Of a DNA stretch of 64,000 bases, positions 48,454-56,541 are shown one piece after another. The position numbers and the translations under genes were made by a program. Below the pieces are notes generated by a model. It saw only the letters and a list, made by a program, of their open reading frames with translations. It searched no databases and was not told the origin of the DNA. The stretch lies in assembly GCF_048549895.1 (NCBI RefSeq), contig NZ_JBLYYB010000011.1:7617-71616 (forward strand). The letters run 5' to 3'. Every line of letters starts with the position of its first letter. The stretch's first letter is position 1. The stretch is from Hydrogenophaga sp. (GTDB lineage: Bacteria; Pseudomonadota; Gammaproteobacteria; Burkholderiales; Burkholderiaceae_C).

Positions 48454-49199
48454 GCGCCATTCTTTCGGTTCAGGGTCTCAGCGTTCAGTTCGGTGCACTC
48501 AAGGCGGTGCAAGGCGTGAGCTTCGAAGCGCAATCGGGCGGTATCACGGCGGTCATCGGTCCCAACGGTGCGGGCAAAAGCAGTTTGTTCAATCTGATCA
48601 GCGGCGCCATCCGTCCCACCTCCGGAGTGGTTCATTTCGAGGGTGTGGACGTGACCGGCCTGGCACCACACGAGCTGCTGGGCAGTGGACTGTCGCGCTC
48701 GTTTCAGATCACCAACCTGTTCTTCGATCTCACCGTGCGAGAGAACCTGCGTCTGGCAGCGCAGTTTCTGGAGCGTGGTCGCGGCTTGTTTCGACCACTT
48801 GCACAAAGCTCCATCGCCTGGCAACGCGTAGATGAACTGCTGAGTCAATTCGATCTGCAGTCCAGGGCCGACGAGCTTGCGGGCTACTTGTCTCACGGCG
48901 AGCAGCGTCGACTGGAGATCGCGGTGTCACTGGCATCGCGCCCGCGCATGTTGCTGCTGGACGAGCCCACTCAGGGCATGAGCCACACGGACACTCGCGA
49001 GACGGAAGCGCTGATTCGCGGCCTGTCGCGCGACCACGGGCTGTCCATCTTGCTGGTGGAGCACGACGTCGACCTGGTGATGCAACTGTCGGACCACGTG
49101 GTGGTCATGCACCAGGGCGAGAAACTGGCCGAGGGCGCGCCGGCCGACGTGCGTGCCAACCCGGCGGTGCAGGCCGCCTATTTCGGGGAGAGGCACTGA
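48450..49199 (+). CDS. ABC transporter ATP-binding protein (LivG family)
   Basis: The start makes an ATGA overlap with the upstream stop. Walker A GPNGAGKSS, signature LSHGEQRRL, Walker B LLLLDEP. Confidence 0.9.
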   Translation: MSAILSVQGLSVQFGALKAVQGVSFEAQSGGITAVIGPNGAGKSSLFNLISGAIRPTSGVVHFEGVDVTGLAPHELLGSGLSRSFQITNLFFDLTVRENLRLAAQFLERGRGLFRPLAQSSIAWQRVDELLSQFDLQSRADELAGYLSHGEQRRLEIAVSLASRPRMLLLDEPTQGMSHTDTRETEALIRGLSRDHGLSILLVEHDVDLVMQLSDHVVVMHQGEKLAEGAPADVRANPAVQAAYFGERH

Positions 49200-49906
49200 T
49201 GCTCGAACTCAAAAATGTACACACCCACTATGGGCTGAGCCATGTGCTGCAAGGTATCGACCTGCGCGTAGGAAAGGGTGAAGTGGTCGGTTTGTTCGGT
49301 CGCAACGGCGTAGGAAAAACGACACTGATCAAAACCATCGCGGGCTGGGTCACGCCATCGCAAGGCGAGGTGGTGTTTGACGGCCACCGTTTGGACGGTG
49401 TTGGTGCAGACGTCATCTGCCGCCGCGGTATCGGGCTGGTCCCAGAGGACCGGCGCATCTTTCCTGGCCTGACCGTGGAGGAGAACCTGCGGTTGGGGCA
49501 GATGCAGTGCCCGTCACGCAGCCGTGCCGAGTCGCGACGACGTCTTGATGAGACCTACCAGCGCTTTCCCCGGTTGGCGGAGCGGCGGCGCCAGATGGGC
49601 ACGACGCTGTCAGGCGGCGAACAGCAAATGCTGGCGTTCGCGCGCGTACTTGCCGGCGCCCCTCGCCTGCTCCTGATTGACGAACCCACCGAGGGACTTG
49701 CGCCCATGATCGTGGACGAGTTGTTCGCCCTCATCGGCGACCTCGCTCGTCAGGGCATTCCGATCGTGCTGGTGGAGCAGAACGTGCACAGGGCCATTCG
49801 GTTGACCACCAGGCACTATCTGATCGAACGCGGCCAGGTCGTCTGTGAAGGCAATTCAAGTGACGCTGGCCAGCGGGCTGCCTTGTTGGATCGCATCAGC
49901 GTTTGA
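49199..49906 (+). CDS. ABC transporter ATP-binding protein (LivF family)
   Basis: Walker A GRNGVGKTT, signature LSGGEQQML, Walker B LLLIDEP. Confidence 0.9.
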   Translation: MLELKNVHTHYGLSHVLQGIDLRVGKGEVVGLFGRNGVGKTTLIKTIAGWVTPSQGEVVFDGHRLDGVGADVICRRGIGLVPEDRRIFPGLTVEENLRLGQMQCPSRSRAESRRRLDETYQRFPRLAERRRQMGTTLSGGEQQMLAFARVLAGAPRLLLIDEPTEGLAPMIVDELFALIGDLARQGIPIVLVEQNVHRAIRLTTRHYLIERGQVVCEGNSSDAGQRAALLDRISV

Positions 49907-50121
49907 GGTGGCGCTGAGCGCGTGACATCTGCTTTTTGCAGCGGCGACTGCCCTGTCGGTTTCCGTTGAGGGCGGTTCTGCCCATCGCGTAACTCTCACC
50001 GCAGAGAGGAGAGAGATAAAACGTCCCTAAGGTCTCGAGAAATGCCCCTGGCGTCCATTCAGAGAGAGAACAGAGAATCCGAGGCTTCCTGGACCCCGCA
50101 TGAACACTGGGGTTAGATCAA

Positions 50122-50148
50122 CAAAAAAGCCCCTGCGTAACAGGGGCT
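50122..50148 (-). terminator. Rho-independent terminator oriented for minus-strand transcription
   Basis: The minus strand reads AGCCCCTG-TTACG-CAGGGGCT followed by TTTTTTGTTG. The plus strand has no T-run after the hairpin. Confidence 0.7.
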
Positions 50149-50247
50149 TCTGGACTTGCTGGCGGTGGGGGTAGTGGGCACTTAACCGCTATCAGTGAAA
50201 AGTTGATAAACCTCATTTTTTGCAGTTTCAAACAAGCTCCAAAAGGG

Positions 50248-50285
50248 GCGCGGGCGCGCGTGCGTGTGCGCACATGCGCCCGCGC
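50248..50285. other. Very GC-rich 10-bp-stem hairpin (GCGCGGGCGC ... GCGCCCGCGC) enclosing the palindrome TGTGCGCACA
   Basis: I read it directly. The arms are at 50248-50257 and 50276-50285. It is flanked by AAAA on the left and T+A8 on the right. Function is unknown. Confidence 0.5.
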
Positions 50286-50545
50286 GCGTAAAAAAAAGCA
50301 TCTTTTGACCATGCCTCAACATTGTTGAAGGAGGCTGTGCTGTTGCACTCGGACGAAACCCTTCGCTGTCTGGTGACCTGCAATCAAAGCAAGTGCAAGC
50401 CGCAGGGATCGGAGCAACTCCACCGCATCGATGTCGTTGGGTTCGTGTCCTCAAGTTCTTGACCGGCGATGTTTTCCTGCTTGGAGCCTCGCGTTGGGGG
50501 CCAGCTTGCGCATCCGCATGGCTAATGCTCCATTCAAAGGTGAGG

Positions 50546-51181
50546 TCAGAATCGTTCAACCGTCACCGCTGCAACATCCTTGAGCCAGGGCTGGCGCGCC
50601 CAGTGATCAAGGGCGTAGCTTTGGATCTTGTCCCTGTAAGTCAGCGAAAGCCCGATGCTGTCGAGCCCCTCCAGGAACATCTGGCGGTGCCGGGGCATCA
50701 GGTCGAAACTTGCCTGCACTTTGCGACTGCGCAGTGTCTGAGCCTGGATGTCGATGTGAATCTGGTTCTCGCCAGTGTCGTCAGCATCGTCCATCAGCTT
50801 GGCAATCTCGCTGGGCTCAAGCGTCACGAGCAGCAGCCGGTTGTTCATCGCGTTGGAGTAGAAAATCTCTCCATAACTTGACGCGACGATCGCGCTGATC
50901 CCGAACTGCTGAAGGCCCCACACCGCATGCTCTCGGCTGGATCCACAGCCGAAATTGGCACCGGCCACCAGAATCGATGCATCGGCATGGGAGCTGCGGT
51001 TCAAAACGAAATCCGGCCGAGCTCGCCCCTGGGAATCGAAGCGGAGGTCGTACAGCAAACCCTCCTTGAGCCCTGACTTGTCGATGCCGCGCAGGAACTG
51101 CTTGGGCATGATCTGATCCGTGTCGAGGTTTTCAATGCGCAACGCGGCGGCCTGCCCATCGATACAAACAGACTTGTTCAT
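50546..51181 (-). CDS. leuD: 3-isopropylmalate dehydratase small subunit family protein (LeuD-like aconitase-swivel domain)
   Basis: ENLDTDQIMPKQFL ... ILVAGANFGCGSSREHAVWGL. The start makes an ATGA overlap with the large subunit stop. The track ORF extends to 51385. Confidence 0.85.
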   Translation of the reverse strand: MNKSVCIDGQAAALRIENLDTDQIMPKQFLRGIDKSGLKEGLLYDLRFDSQGRARPDFVLNRSSHADASILVAGANFGCGSSREHAVWGLQQFGISAIVASSYGEIFYSNAMNNRLLLVTLEPSEIAKLMDDADDTGENQIHIDIQAQTLRSRKVQASFDLMPRHRQMFLEGLDSIGLSLTYRDKIQSYALDHWARQPWLKDVAAVTVERF

Positions 51182-52593
51182 TGCAGGGTCTCCATGCGGC
51201 GCACATCGGTGATGCGTCCTGTGATGGCCGCAGCCGCGGCCATAGCCGGGCTCATCAGGTGCGTGATCGCACCACGGCCTTGGCGTCCTTCGAAATTGCG
51301 ATTCGTCGTCGACGCGCAGCGAATGCCCTCGGCCAACACATCGTCGTTCATTGCAAGGCACATTGAGCACCCTGGATTGCGCCATTCGAATCCTGCATGG
51401 GTGAACACGAGGTCGAGACCCTCGGCCTCAGCCTCCGCTTTCACCGCCCCCGAACCAGGCACCACCATGGCTCGAACGCCTTCGGCAACGTGGCGGCCTC
51501 GAACCACGGCCGCAGCCGCCCGCAGGTCTTCAATGCGCCCATTGGTGCAAGACCCGATGAACACGTGCTGCACCGGTGTGCCCTCCATCGCGGAGCCTGG
51601 CGGCAGCTTGGTGTAACGCAGGGCACGATCGGCGCTTCTTCGCGCAGGACCATCCGGCAGTTCATCAAGCTGTGGAATGCGCCCATCGATGGCCACGACC
51701 TGATCGGGGCTGGTGCCCCATGTGACCTGAGGAGCAACGTGAGTCGCGTCAAACCGGTGTTCGACGTCGAAGCTGGCACCATCGTCGGTCCGCAGGTTCA
51801 CCCACGCGGCCAAGGCTGCCTCGCGGTGTTCCTTCGCAACGTCGGGAGCATGCGCCATGACATAGTCGATGGCTTTCTGATCCGGTGCGACGAGCGCGCC
51901 CCGGCATCCGGCCTCGACCGTCATGTTGCACAGCGTGAAGCGCGCTTCTATCGACAGCGCATCGATCGCCTTGCCGCAGTACTCGACCACATACCCTCTT
52001 GCACCCTGCGCACCGATCCGACCGATCACTGCCAGCACGAGATCTTTGGCTGTTGCGCCGATGGGCAGCGTGCCATCGACACGAACGCGCATGTCTTTGG
52101 CCACGCGGTAGACCAACGTCTGGGTGGCGAGCACGTGCTCGACTTCGGTGGTACCAATGCCGAACCCCAAGGCTCCCAGCGCCCCGTAGGTCGTCGTGTG
52201 GCTGTCACCGCAGATCACGACCATGCCTGGCCGGATCATCCCGTGCTCCGGAGCCACCACGTGCTCAATCCCCTGCAAGGCATCGTTCGTGTCGAACAAG
52301 GGGATGCCGAAGTGGTCACAGTTCCTTTTCAGGTTGGTTGCCTGCAGGGCGGATGCTGTGTCTGCAATCACACGAAACTTGACGGGGTGCGTGGGAATGA
52401 TGTGGCTCACTACCGCCACGTTTTGACCCGGCATGGATACGCCACGCCCTTGCTCGTACAAACCTGCAAAGGCTTGAGGGCTGGTGTATTCGTTCATCAA
52501 GTGCAGATCGCAGAACAGCAAAACGTTGTCTTTGTCCAGCGTGGCGACCGTGTGAGATCCGACCAGCTTGCGGTAGAGAGTGCGAGGGGTCAT
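51178..52593 (-). CDS. leuC: 3-isopropylmalate dehydratase large subunit family protein (LeuC-like aconitase-family dehydratase)
   Basis: TLYRKLVGSHTV...DLHLMNEYTSPQAF; Fe-S ligand contexts ICGDSHTTT, IGSCTNGR and GCSMCLAMN. Confidence 0.85.
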   Translation of the reverse strand: MTPRTLYRKLVGSHTVATLDKDNVLLFCDLHLMNEYTSPQAFAGLYEQGRGVSMPGQNVAVVSHIIPTHPVKFRVIADTASALQATNLKRNCDHFGIPLFDTNDALQGIEHVVAPEHGMIRPGMVVICGDSHTTTYGALGALGFGIGTTEVEHVLATQTLVYRVAKDMRVRVDGTLPIGATAKDLVLAVIGRIGAQGARGYVVEYCGKAIDALSIEARFTLCNMTVEAGCRGALVAPDQKAIDYVMAHAPDVAKEHREAALAAWVNLRTDDGASFDVEHRFDATHVAPQVTWGTSPDQVVAIDGRIPQLDELPDGPARRSADRALRYTKLPPGSAMEGTPVQHVFIGSCTNGRIEDLRAAAAVVRGRHVAEGVRAMVVPGSGAVKAEAEAEGLDLVFTHAGFEWRNPGCSMCLAMNDDVLAEGIRCASTTNRNFEGRQGRGAITHLMSPAMAAAAAITGRITDVRRMETLQ

Positions 52594-52623
52594 AGGGCCT
52601 TGAGAAAGTGCAGTGAATGCCGG

Positions 52624-53592
52624 TCAGTTCGCGGTGATACCGCGCTCTTTGACGAGCTTGGCCCACATGGGCATTTCAGATGCGATCCGGGTACGCGCCT
52701 GTGCAGGAGTTGACGGCGTGGCTTCGAAGCCATCTTTGGACATGCGTTCCTTCATCTCGGGCGACTGCAGCACCGCCACCAGTGTGGCGTTGAGCTTGTC
52801 GATCACCGGTTGTGGGGTACCCGCCGGGGCGAACACCGTGAACCAGGTCTCGAACGCGTAGTTGGGCAGGCCCGCTTCAGCAATGGTCGGCACGTTGGGC
52901 ATCAGGGCGGATCGTTTCGGACCCGTGACGCCGAGCGCTCGCAACCGACCCGTTTCGACATGGCCTTTTGCCGCCGACAGCACGGGGAAGGACATCTGCA
53001 CCTGCCCGCCGATGGTGTCCGTCAGTGCTGGACCACCCCCACGGTACGGAATATGCAGGATGGCAAGTCCAGCCTGGGCCTTGAACAGCTCTGCTGACAT
53101 GTGGAAGGTGCTGCCGCTTCCGGCGGACCCATAGCTCAAATCGCCAGGCTTGCTCTTGGCCAGCGCCATCAACTCCTTGAGGTTCTTGGCGGGCAAAGCG
53201 TCGTTGACCACCAGGACATGCTGTGACGAGGCCACCATGCCGATGGGCGCGAGGTCTTTCAGCGTGTCGTAGGGCATCTTGGCGAAGAGGGCTGGGTTGA
53301 TCGCCAGGGAAACCGTCTGCAGGCCGATGGTGTAGCCGTCGGGCGCCGACTTGGCCACCGAATCCACACCCACGTTGCCGCCCGCGCCACCCTTGTTTTC
53401 GATCACCAACGGCTTGCCCAGTGCTTTGCCCCACTCTTCAGAAATCATGCGGGCGACGATGTCGGCGCTGCCACCGGGGGCGTACGGCACGACCAGCTTC
53501 ACGGGCCGCTCGGGGTAGCTCTGGGCCAGCGCCAGACCCGGGGCGCAGAGGGCGACCAGCGCGAGGCTGTTCAGCAGGATTCGACGTTGCAT
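52624..53592 (-). CDS. Bug-family (TctC-like) tripartite tricarboxylate transporter substrate-binding protein
   Basis: Signal peptide LNSLALVALCAPGLALAQ. The hallmark is YPERPVKLVVPYAPGGSADIVAR ... ENKGGAGGNVG. ATG 53592 follows GGAGA. Confidence 0.9.
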   Translation of the reverse strand: MQRRILLNSLALVALCAPGLALAQSYPERPVKLVVPYAPGGSADIVARMISEEWGKALGKPLVIENKGGAGGNVGVDSVAKSAPDGYTIGLQTVSLAINPALFAKMPYDTLKDLAPIGMVASSQHVLVVNDALPAKNLKELMALAKSKPGDLSYGSAGSGSTFHMSAELFKAQAGLAILHIPYRGGGPALTDTIGGQVQMSFPVLSAAKGHVETGRLRALGVTGPKRSALMPNVPTIAEAGLPNYAFETWFTVFAPAGTPQPVIDKLNATLVAVLQSPEMKERMSKDGFEATPSTPAQARTRIASEMPMWAKLVKERGITAN

Positions 53593-53656
53593 GTTTGTCT
53601 CCAGATCATGTTTGAGGTAAGTCCGAGTCTCAATCTTATGCGTGCCTTTGGACGCC

Positions 53657-53697
53657 ATAATGTTTTGAAAGTCAGTTCTTTCGGTCTTCAAAGTTAT
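53657..53697. promoter_or_regulatory. Imperfect inverted repeat (ATAATGTTTTGAAAG ... CTTCAAAGTTAT) in the LysR/Bug divergent intergenic region; candidate LysR-type binding site
   Basis: I read it directly. It has T-N11-A-like AT-rich dyad symmetry between the divergent starts at 53592 and 53700. Confidence 0.3.
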
Positions 53698-53699
53698 CA

Positions 53700-54614
53700 A
53701 TGGACGCGTTCTCGGACATCGCCTTCTTCTCTCTGCTGATCAAGCACGGCAGCCTCGCCGCCGCCGCCCAACAGATCGGCGTGACACCGCCTGCGGTGAG
53801 CAAACGTCTGGCGGCGATCGAGCGCAGGCTCGGCGTTCGCTTGCTGCAACGCACGACTCGGCGCATCAAGCTCACACCAGAAGGTGAGACATACATCGTC
53901 GAAGGTGCACGCGTGATGCAGGAGCTGGAGGCGCTGGAGCGCACCGTGTCGGGGAGTCAAGCCGTCCCAAAAGGCTTGCTGCGCGTCTGCGCCACATTGG
54001 GTTTTGGTCGCAAGCATGTAGCGCCGGTGTTGTCCAAGTTCGCGCGCCGCTTTCCCGATGTCGAGGTGCAGCTGCACCTGACCGACCGCCCGGTGAATCT
54101 CGTGGAGCAAGGGTTTGATCTTCAGCTGCGATTCGGCGAATTGCCCGATGCCCGCCTCACAGCTCGGTTGCTCGCGCGCAACCGCCGCGTGCTGTGTGCA
54201 TCACCCGCCTATTTGCGCCGCGCCGGCGAACCAGCGTCTCCGCGCGAACTGGCTCAGCACGCGTGCCTTTTCATCCGGGAGAGCGAAGAAACCTTCGGCA
54301 CCTGGCACCTGCGGTCGGGAACGCGCACTGAAACCGTGAAGGTTCGTGGCCCATTGGCCTCGAATGACGGCGAATGCGTCTTTCAGTGGGCTCTGGATGG
54401 GCACGGCATCTTGATGCGATCCCTATGGGAGTCAGCACCGATGCTGCGCTCTGGACGCCTGCGAGCCGTCTTGCCCGAGTGGAGCCTGCCATCTGCCGAC
54501 GTATACGCGGTCTTCCCGACGCGCAGCCATCTCTCGGCCAAGACCCGCGCGCTCGTCGACTTCTTGATGGAAACCTTTGAAGCAAACCGATTGAGCGAGG
54601 ACGGCGGTTGGTAA
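53700..54614 (+). CDS. LysR family transcriptional regulator
   Basis: N-terminal wHTH: FFSLLIKHGSLAAAAQQIGVTPPAVSKRLAAIERRLGVRLLQRTTRRIKLTPEGE. Confidence 0.92.
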   Translation: MDAFSDIAFFSLLIKHGSLAAAAQQIGVTPPAVSKRLAAIERRLGVRLLQRTTRRIKLTPEGETYIVEGARVMQELEALERTVSGSQAVPKGLLRVCATLGFGRKHVAPVLSKFARRFPDVEVQLHLTDRPVNLVEQGFDLQLRFGELPDARLTARLLARNRRVLCASPAYLRRAGEPASPRELAQHACLFIRESEETFGTWHLRSGTRTETVKVRGPLASNDGECVFQWALDGHGILMRSLWESAPMLRSGRLRAVLPEWSLPSADVYAVFPTRSHLSAKTRALVDFLMETFEANRLSEDGGW

Positions 54615-54702
54615 CCTCCCATCGAAACCAGGACTCTCAGCGCTTGAGCCTTCCCCAGTTTTCCGGATACATCCAATGACATGATGTGTTCAGGAGATAG
54701 GC

Positions 54703-54900
54703 ATGACAAGAACCCGAAGGAGCTTCACAGACGGGTTCAAACGTGAAGCTGTGAAAGCAGCCAGGAGCAACCGCCATGCACATTGCGCCGCGAGACAAAG
54801 GAGCTCGGCATCGTGGTGTCTGGTCGCCTCCCAGTTGGAGAGCGATCATGTCGACCCGCAGGACCAAGCCTCTGGTTCAATCGGCGCAGCCGCGCGAATT
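54703..54900 (+). pseudogene. Decayed IS3-family transposase orfA remnant
   Basis: SD (CAGGAGA) plus ATG are followed by MTRTRRSFTDGFKREAV, a typical IS3 OrfA N-terminus. The HTH region is then only recognisable after a frame change (..ELGIVVSGRLPVGER). No orfB and no inverted repeats were identified. Confidence 0.45.
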
Positions 54901-54938
54901 CCAGAGCGGGTCATTTGCCATTTGCGCCACCTGCTTTC

Positions 54939-54968
54939 TTGCGATGCAGTAAGGGTATTACCTATAGT
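54939..54968 (+). promoter_or_regulatory. Candidate sigma70 promoter TTGCGA-N18-TATAGT facing the urt-amiE operon
   Basis: TTGCGA lies at 54939-54944 and TATAGT at 54963-54968. This is pattern match only. Confidence 0.35.
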
Positions 54969-55031
54969 GCGAGATTCCACCGGCGCGTAAAACTGCGTCT
55001 GTCGAGAAATCGCCACCTTTCATTCAACGTC

Positions 55032-55072
55032 GACTGCCAGTGCTGCCAGTCAGATGTTGGGCAAAAAAGCCC
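55032..55072 (+). promoter_or_regulatory. Two short hexaloop hairpins immediately 5' of, and overlapping, the leader terminator; candidate ANTAR (AmiR-type) antiterminator target
   Basis: P1 (55032-55051) is GACTGCC-AGTGCT-GCCAGTC, with loop A1/G4. P2 (55059-55072) is GGGC-AAAAAA-GCCC, and its 3' arm is part of the terminator 5' arm. Confidence 0.3.
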
Positions 55073-55103
55073 GAACCGGAATAGCTCCGGTTCGGGCTTT
55101 TTT
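55067..55103 (+). terminator. Strong intrinsic terminator hairpin located in the leader about 190 nt upstream of urtA
   Basis: AAGCCCGAACCGG-AATAGCT-CCGGTTCGGGCTT forms an 11-13 bp stem followed by a T-run. An A-run upstream gives it a bidirectional appearance. Confidence 0.8.
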
Positions 55104-55291
55104 GTTTTCTGTCATCCAACTTTGCTTCGGACGAGGCCACAGCCTCACCCGGCTGGCGGAGCTGTGCTTGTTCGGAATCCAGATGGCCTGTGGCGGTTGC
55201 TTGTCGGGGATCTTCTGTGTCTAGGGCTGACTTTTTCACAGTTGGATCACAGGTCGTCATTTCCGTAAACACAACTGCCAGGAGCTTGACC

Positions 55292-56476
55292 ATGACTGAA
55301 CTGAATCGCCGCGACATCATGAAGACCGGAGGATCGATACTGATCCTGGGCGCAGCCGGGGGGGTGCCTGCCATCGCATCCGCGCAAGAGACTGTGAAGC
55401 TCGGGCTCTTGCACTCGCTCTCGGGCACGATCGCAATCGCTGAGGCCTCGTTGGTTGATGCAGAGAAGCTTGCCATCGAAGAGATCAACGCCAACGGTGG
55501 TGTCATGGGACGCAAGATAGAAGCGGTGATCGAAGACGGTGCAAGCGACAACTCGGTTTTTGCAGAAAAGGCTCGCAAGCTTCTGGAGCGCGACAAAGTG
55601 GCAGCCATTGTGGGTTGCTACACATCGGCCTCGAGAAAAGCGATCCTGCCGGCGCTCGGACGCGCCAAAGGTTTGCTGTACTACCCGACCTACTACGAAG
55701 GCCAAGAGCAGGACAAACAGGTTTTCTATCCTTCGCAGGAGGCCACCCAATCCGTCATCGCCGCTGTGGAGTGGCTTGCTCGTGAAAAGGGCAAAACCTT
55801 CTTCTTGGTCGGCTCCGACTACATCTATCCGCGCACCTGCAACAAGATTGCCAAACCCACCATCGTGAAGGCGGGCGGCAAGGTGCTGGGTGAGGAATAC
55901 GCCCCGCTGGGTCACACCGAGTTCTCTTCGATCATCAACAAGATCAAGGCCGCGAAACCCGACTGCATTTACAGCACGGTGGTCGGTGGCTCCAACGTGG
56001 CCTTCTACAAGCAACTGCGCGCTGCAGGCCTCGACGGATCCAAGCAGGTGCTGCTGTCCACGGTGGTTTCTGAAAATGAAATCGAAGGCATCGGCAAAGA
56101 CAACGCTGCTGGCTACTACGCCTGCATGGGCTATTTCCAGAGCATCAAGTCGCCCGGCAACGAAAAATTCGTGAAAGCTTTCAAAGCGAAGTATGGACAG
56201 GATCGTGTCATCGGAGATCCGATGCAGGTTGCCTACAACAGCGTCTATCTGTGGAAGATGGCCGTTGAGAAGGCCAAATCCTTCGACGTGGACAAGGTGA
56301 TTGCCGCCTCGGGAGGCATCGAGCTGGAAGCCCCTGAAGGCACCGTGCGCATGCACGCCACGAACCACCATGTGTGGAAGAAAGTGCGCATCGGGCGCGC
56401 ACGCCCAGACGGCCAATTCGACATCGTGTGGGAAGCCCCAGCGCTGGTTGAGCCCAATCCTTTCCCCAAGATCTGA
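55292..56476 (+). CDS. urtA: Urea/short-chain amide ABC transporter substrate-binding protein (UrtA/FmdD family)
   Basis: Tat-like signal RRDIMKTGGSILILGAAGG. VKLGLLHSLSGTIAIAEASLVDAEKLAIEEINANGGVMGRKIE is the UrtA/AmiC-family signature. Confidence 0.88.
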   Translation: MTELNRRDIMKTGGSILILGAAGGVPAIASAQETVKLGLLHSLSGTIAIAEASLVDAEKLAIEEINANGGVMGRKIEAVIEDGASDNSVFAEKARKLLERDKVAAIVGCYTSASRKAILPALGRAKGLLYYPTYYEGQEQDKQVFYPSQEATQSVIAAVEWLAREKGKTFFLVGSDYIYPRTCNKIAKPTIVKAGGKVLGEEYAPLGHTEFSSIINKIKAAKPDCIYSTVVGGSNVAFYKQLRAAGLDGSKQVLLSTVVSENEIEGIGKDNAAGYYACMGYFQSIKSPGNEKFVKAFKAKYGQDRVIGDPMQVAYNSVYLWKMAVEKAKSFDVDKVIAASGGIELEAPEGTVRMHATNHHVWKKVRIGRARPDGQFDIVWEAPALVEPNPFPKI

Positions 56477-56541
56477 GGGATCGGGATAGATGACCGAGCG
56501 CCGCTGGCGCTCGGTCATCCCAACGCAGCAGGAGCGACAGG

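Noticed and set aside
50160-50171. Minus-strand CCCCCACCGCCA resembling a tRNA 3' acceptor end (possible att-site remnant of an integrated element)
   Set aside because: No adjacent T-arm (GGTTCGAAT-like) or second direct repeat was found. Twelve nucleotides is too little to claim a tRNA fragment.
55150-55205. Sigma54-like TGGC...TGC elements upstream of urtA (NtrC control would be expected for a urea transporter)
   Set aside because: The GG-to-GC spacings are N9 (TGGCGGAGCTGTGC) or too long (TGGCCTGTGGCGGTTGC) instead of the required GG-N10-GC. No consensus -24/-12 promoter is present.
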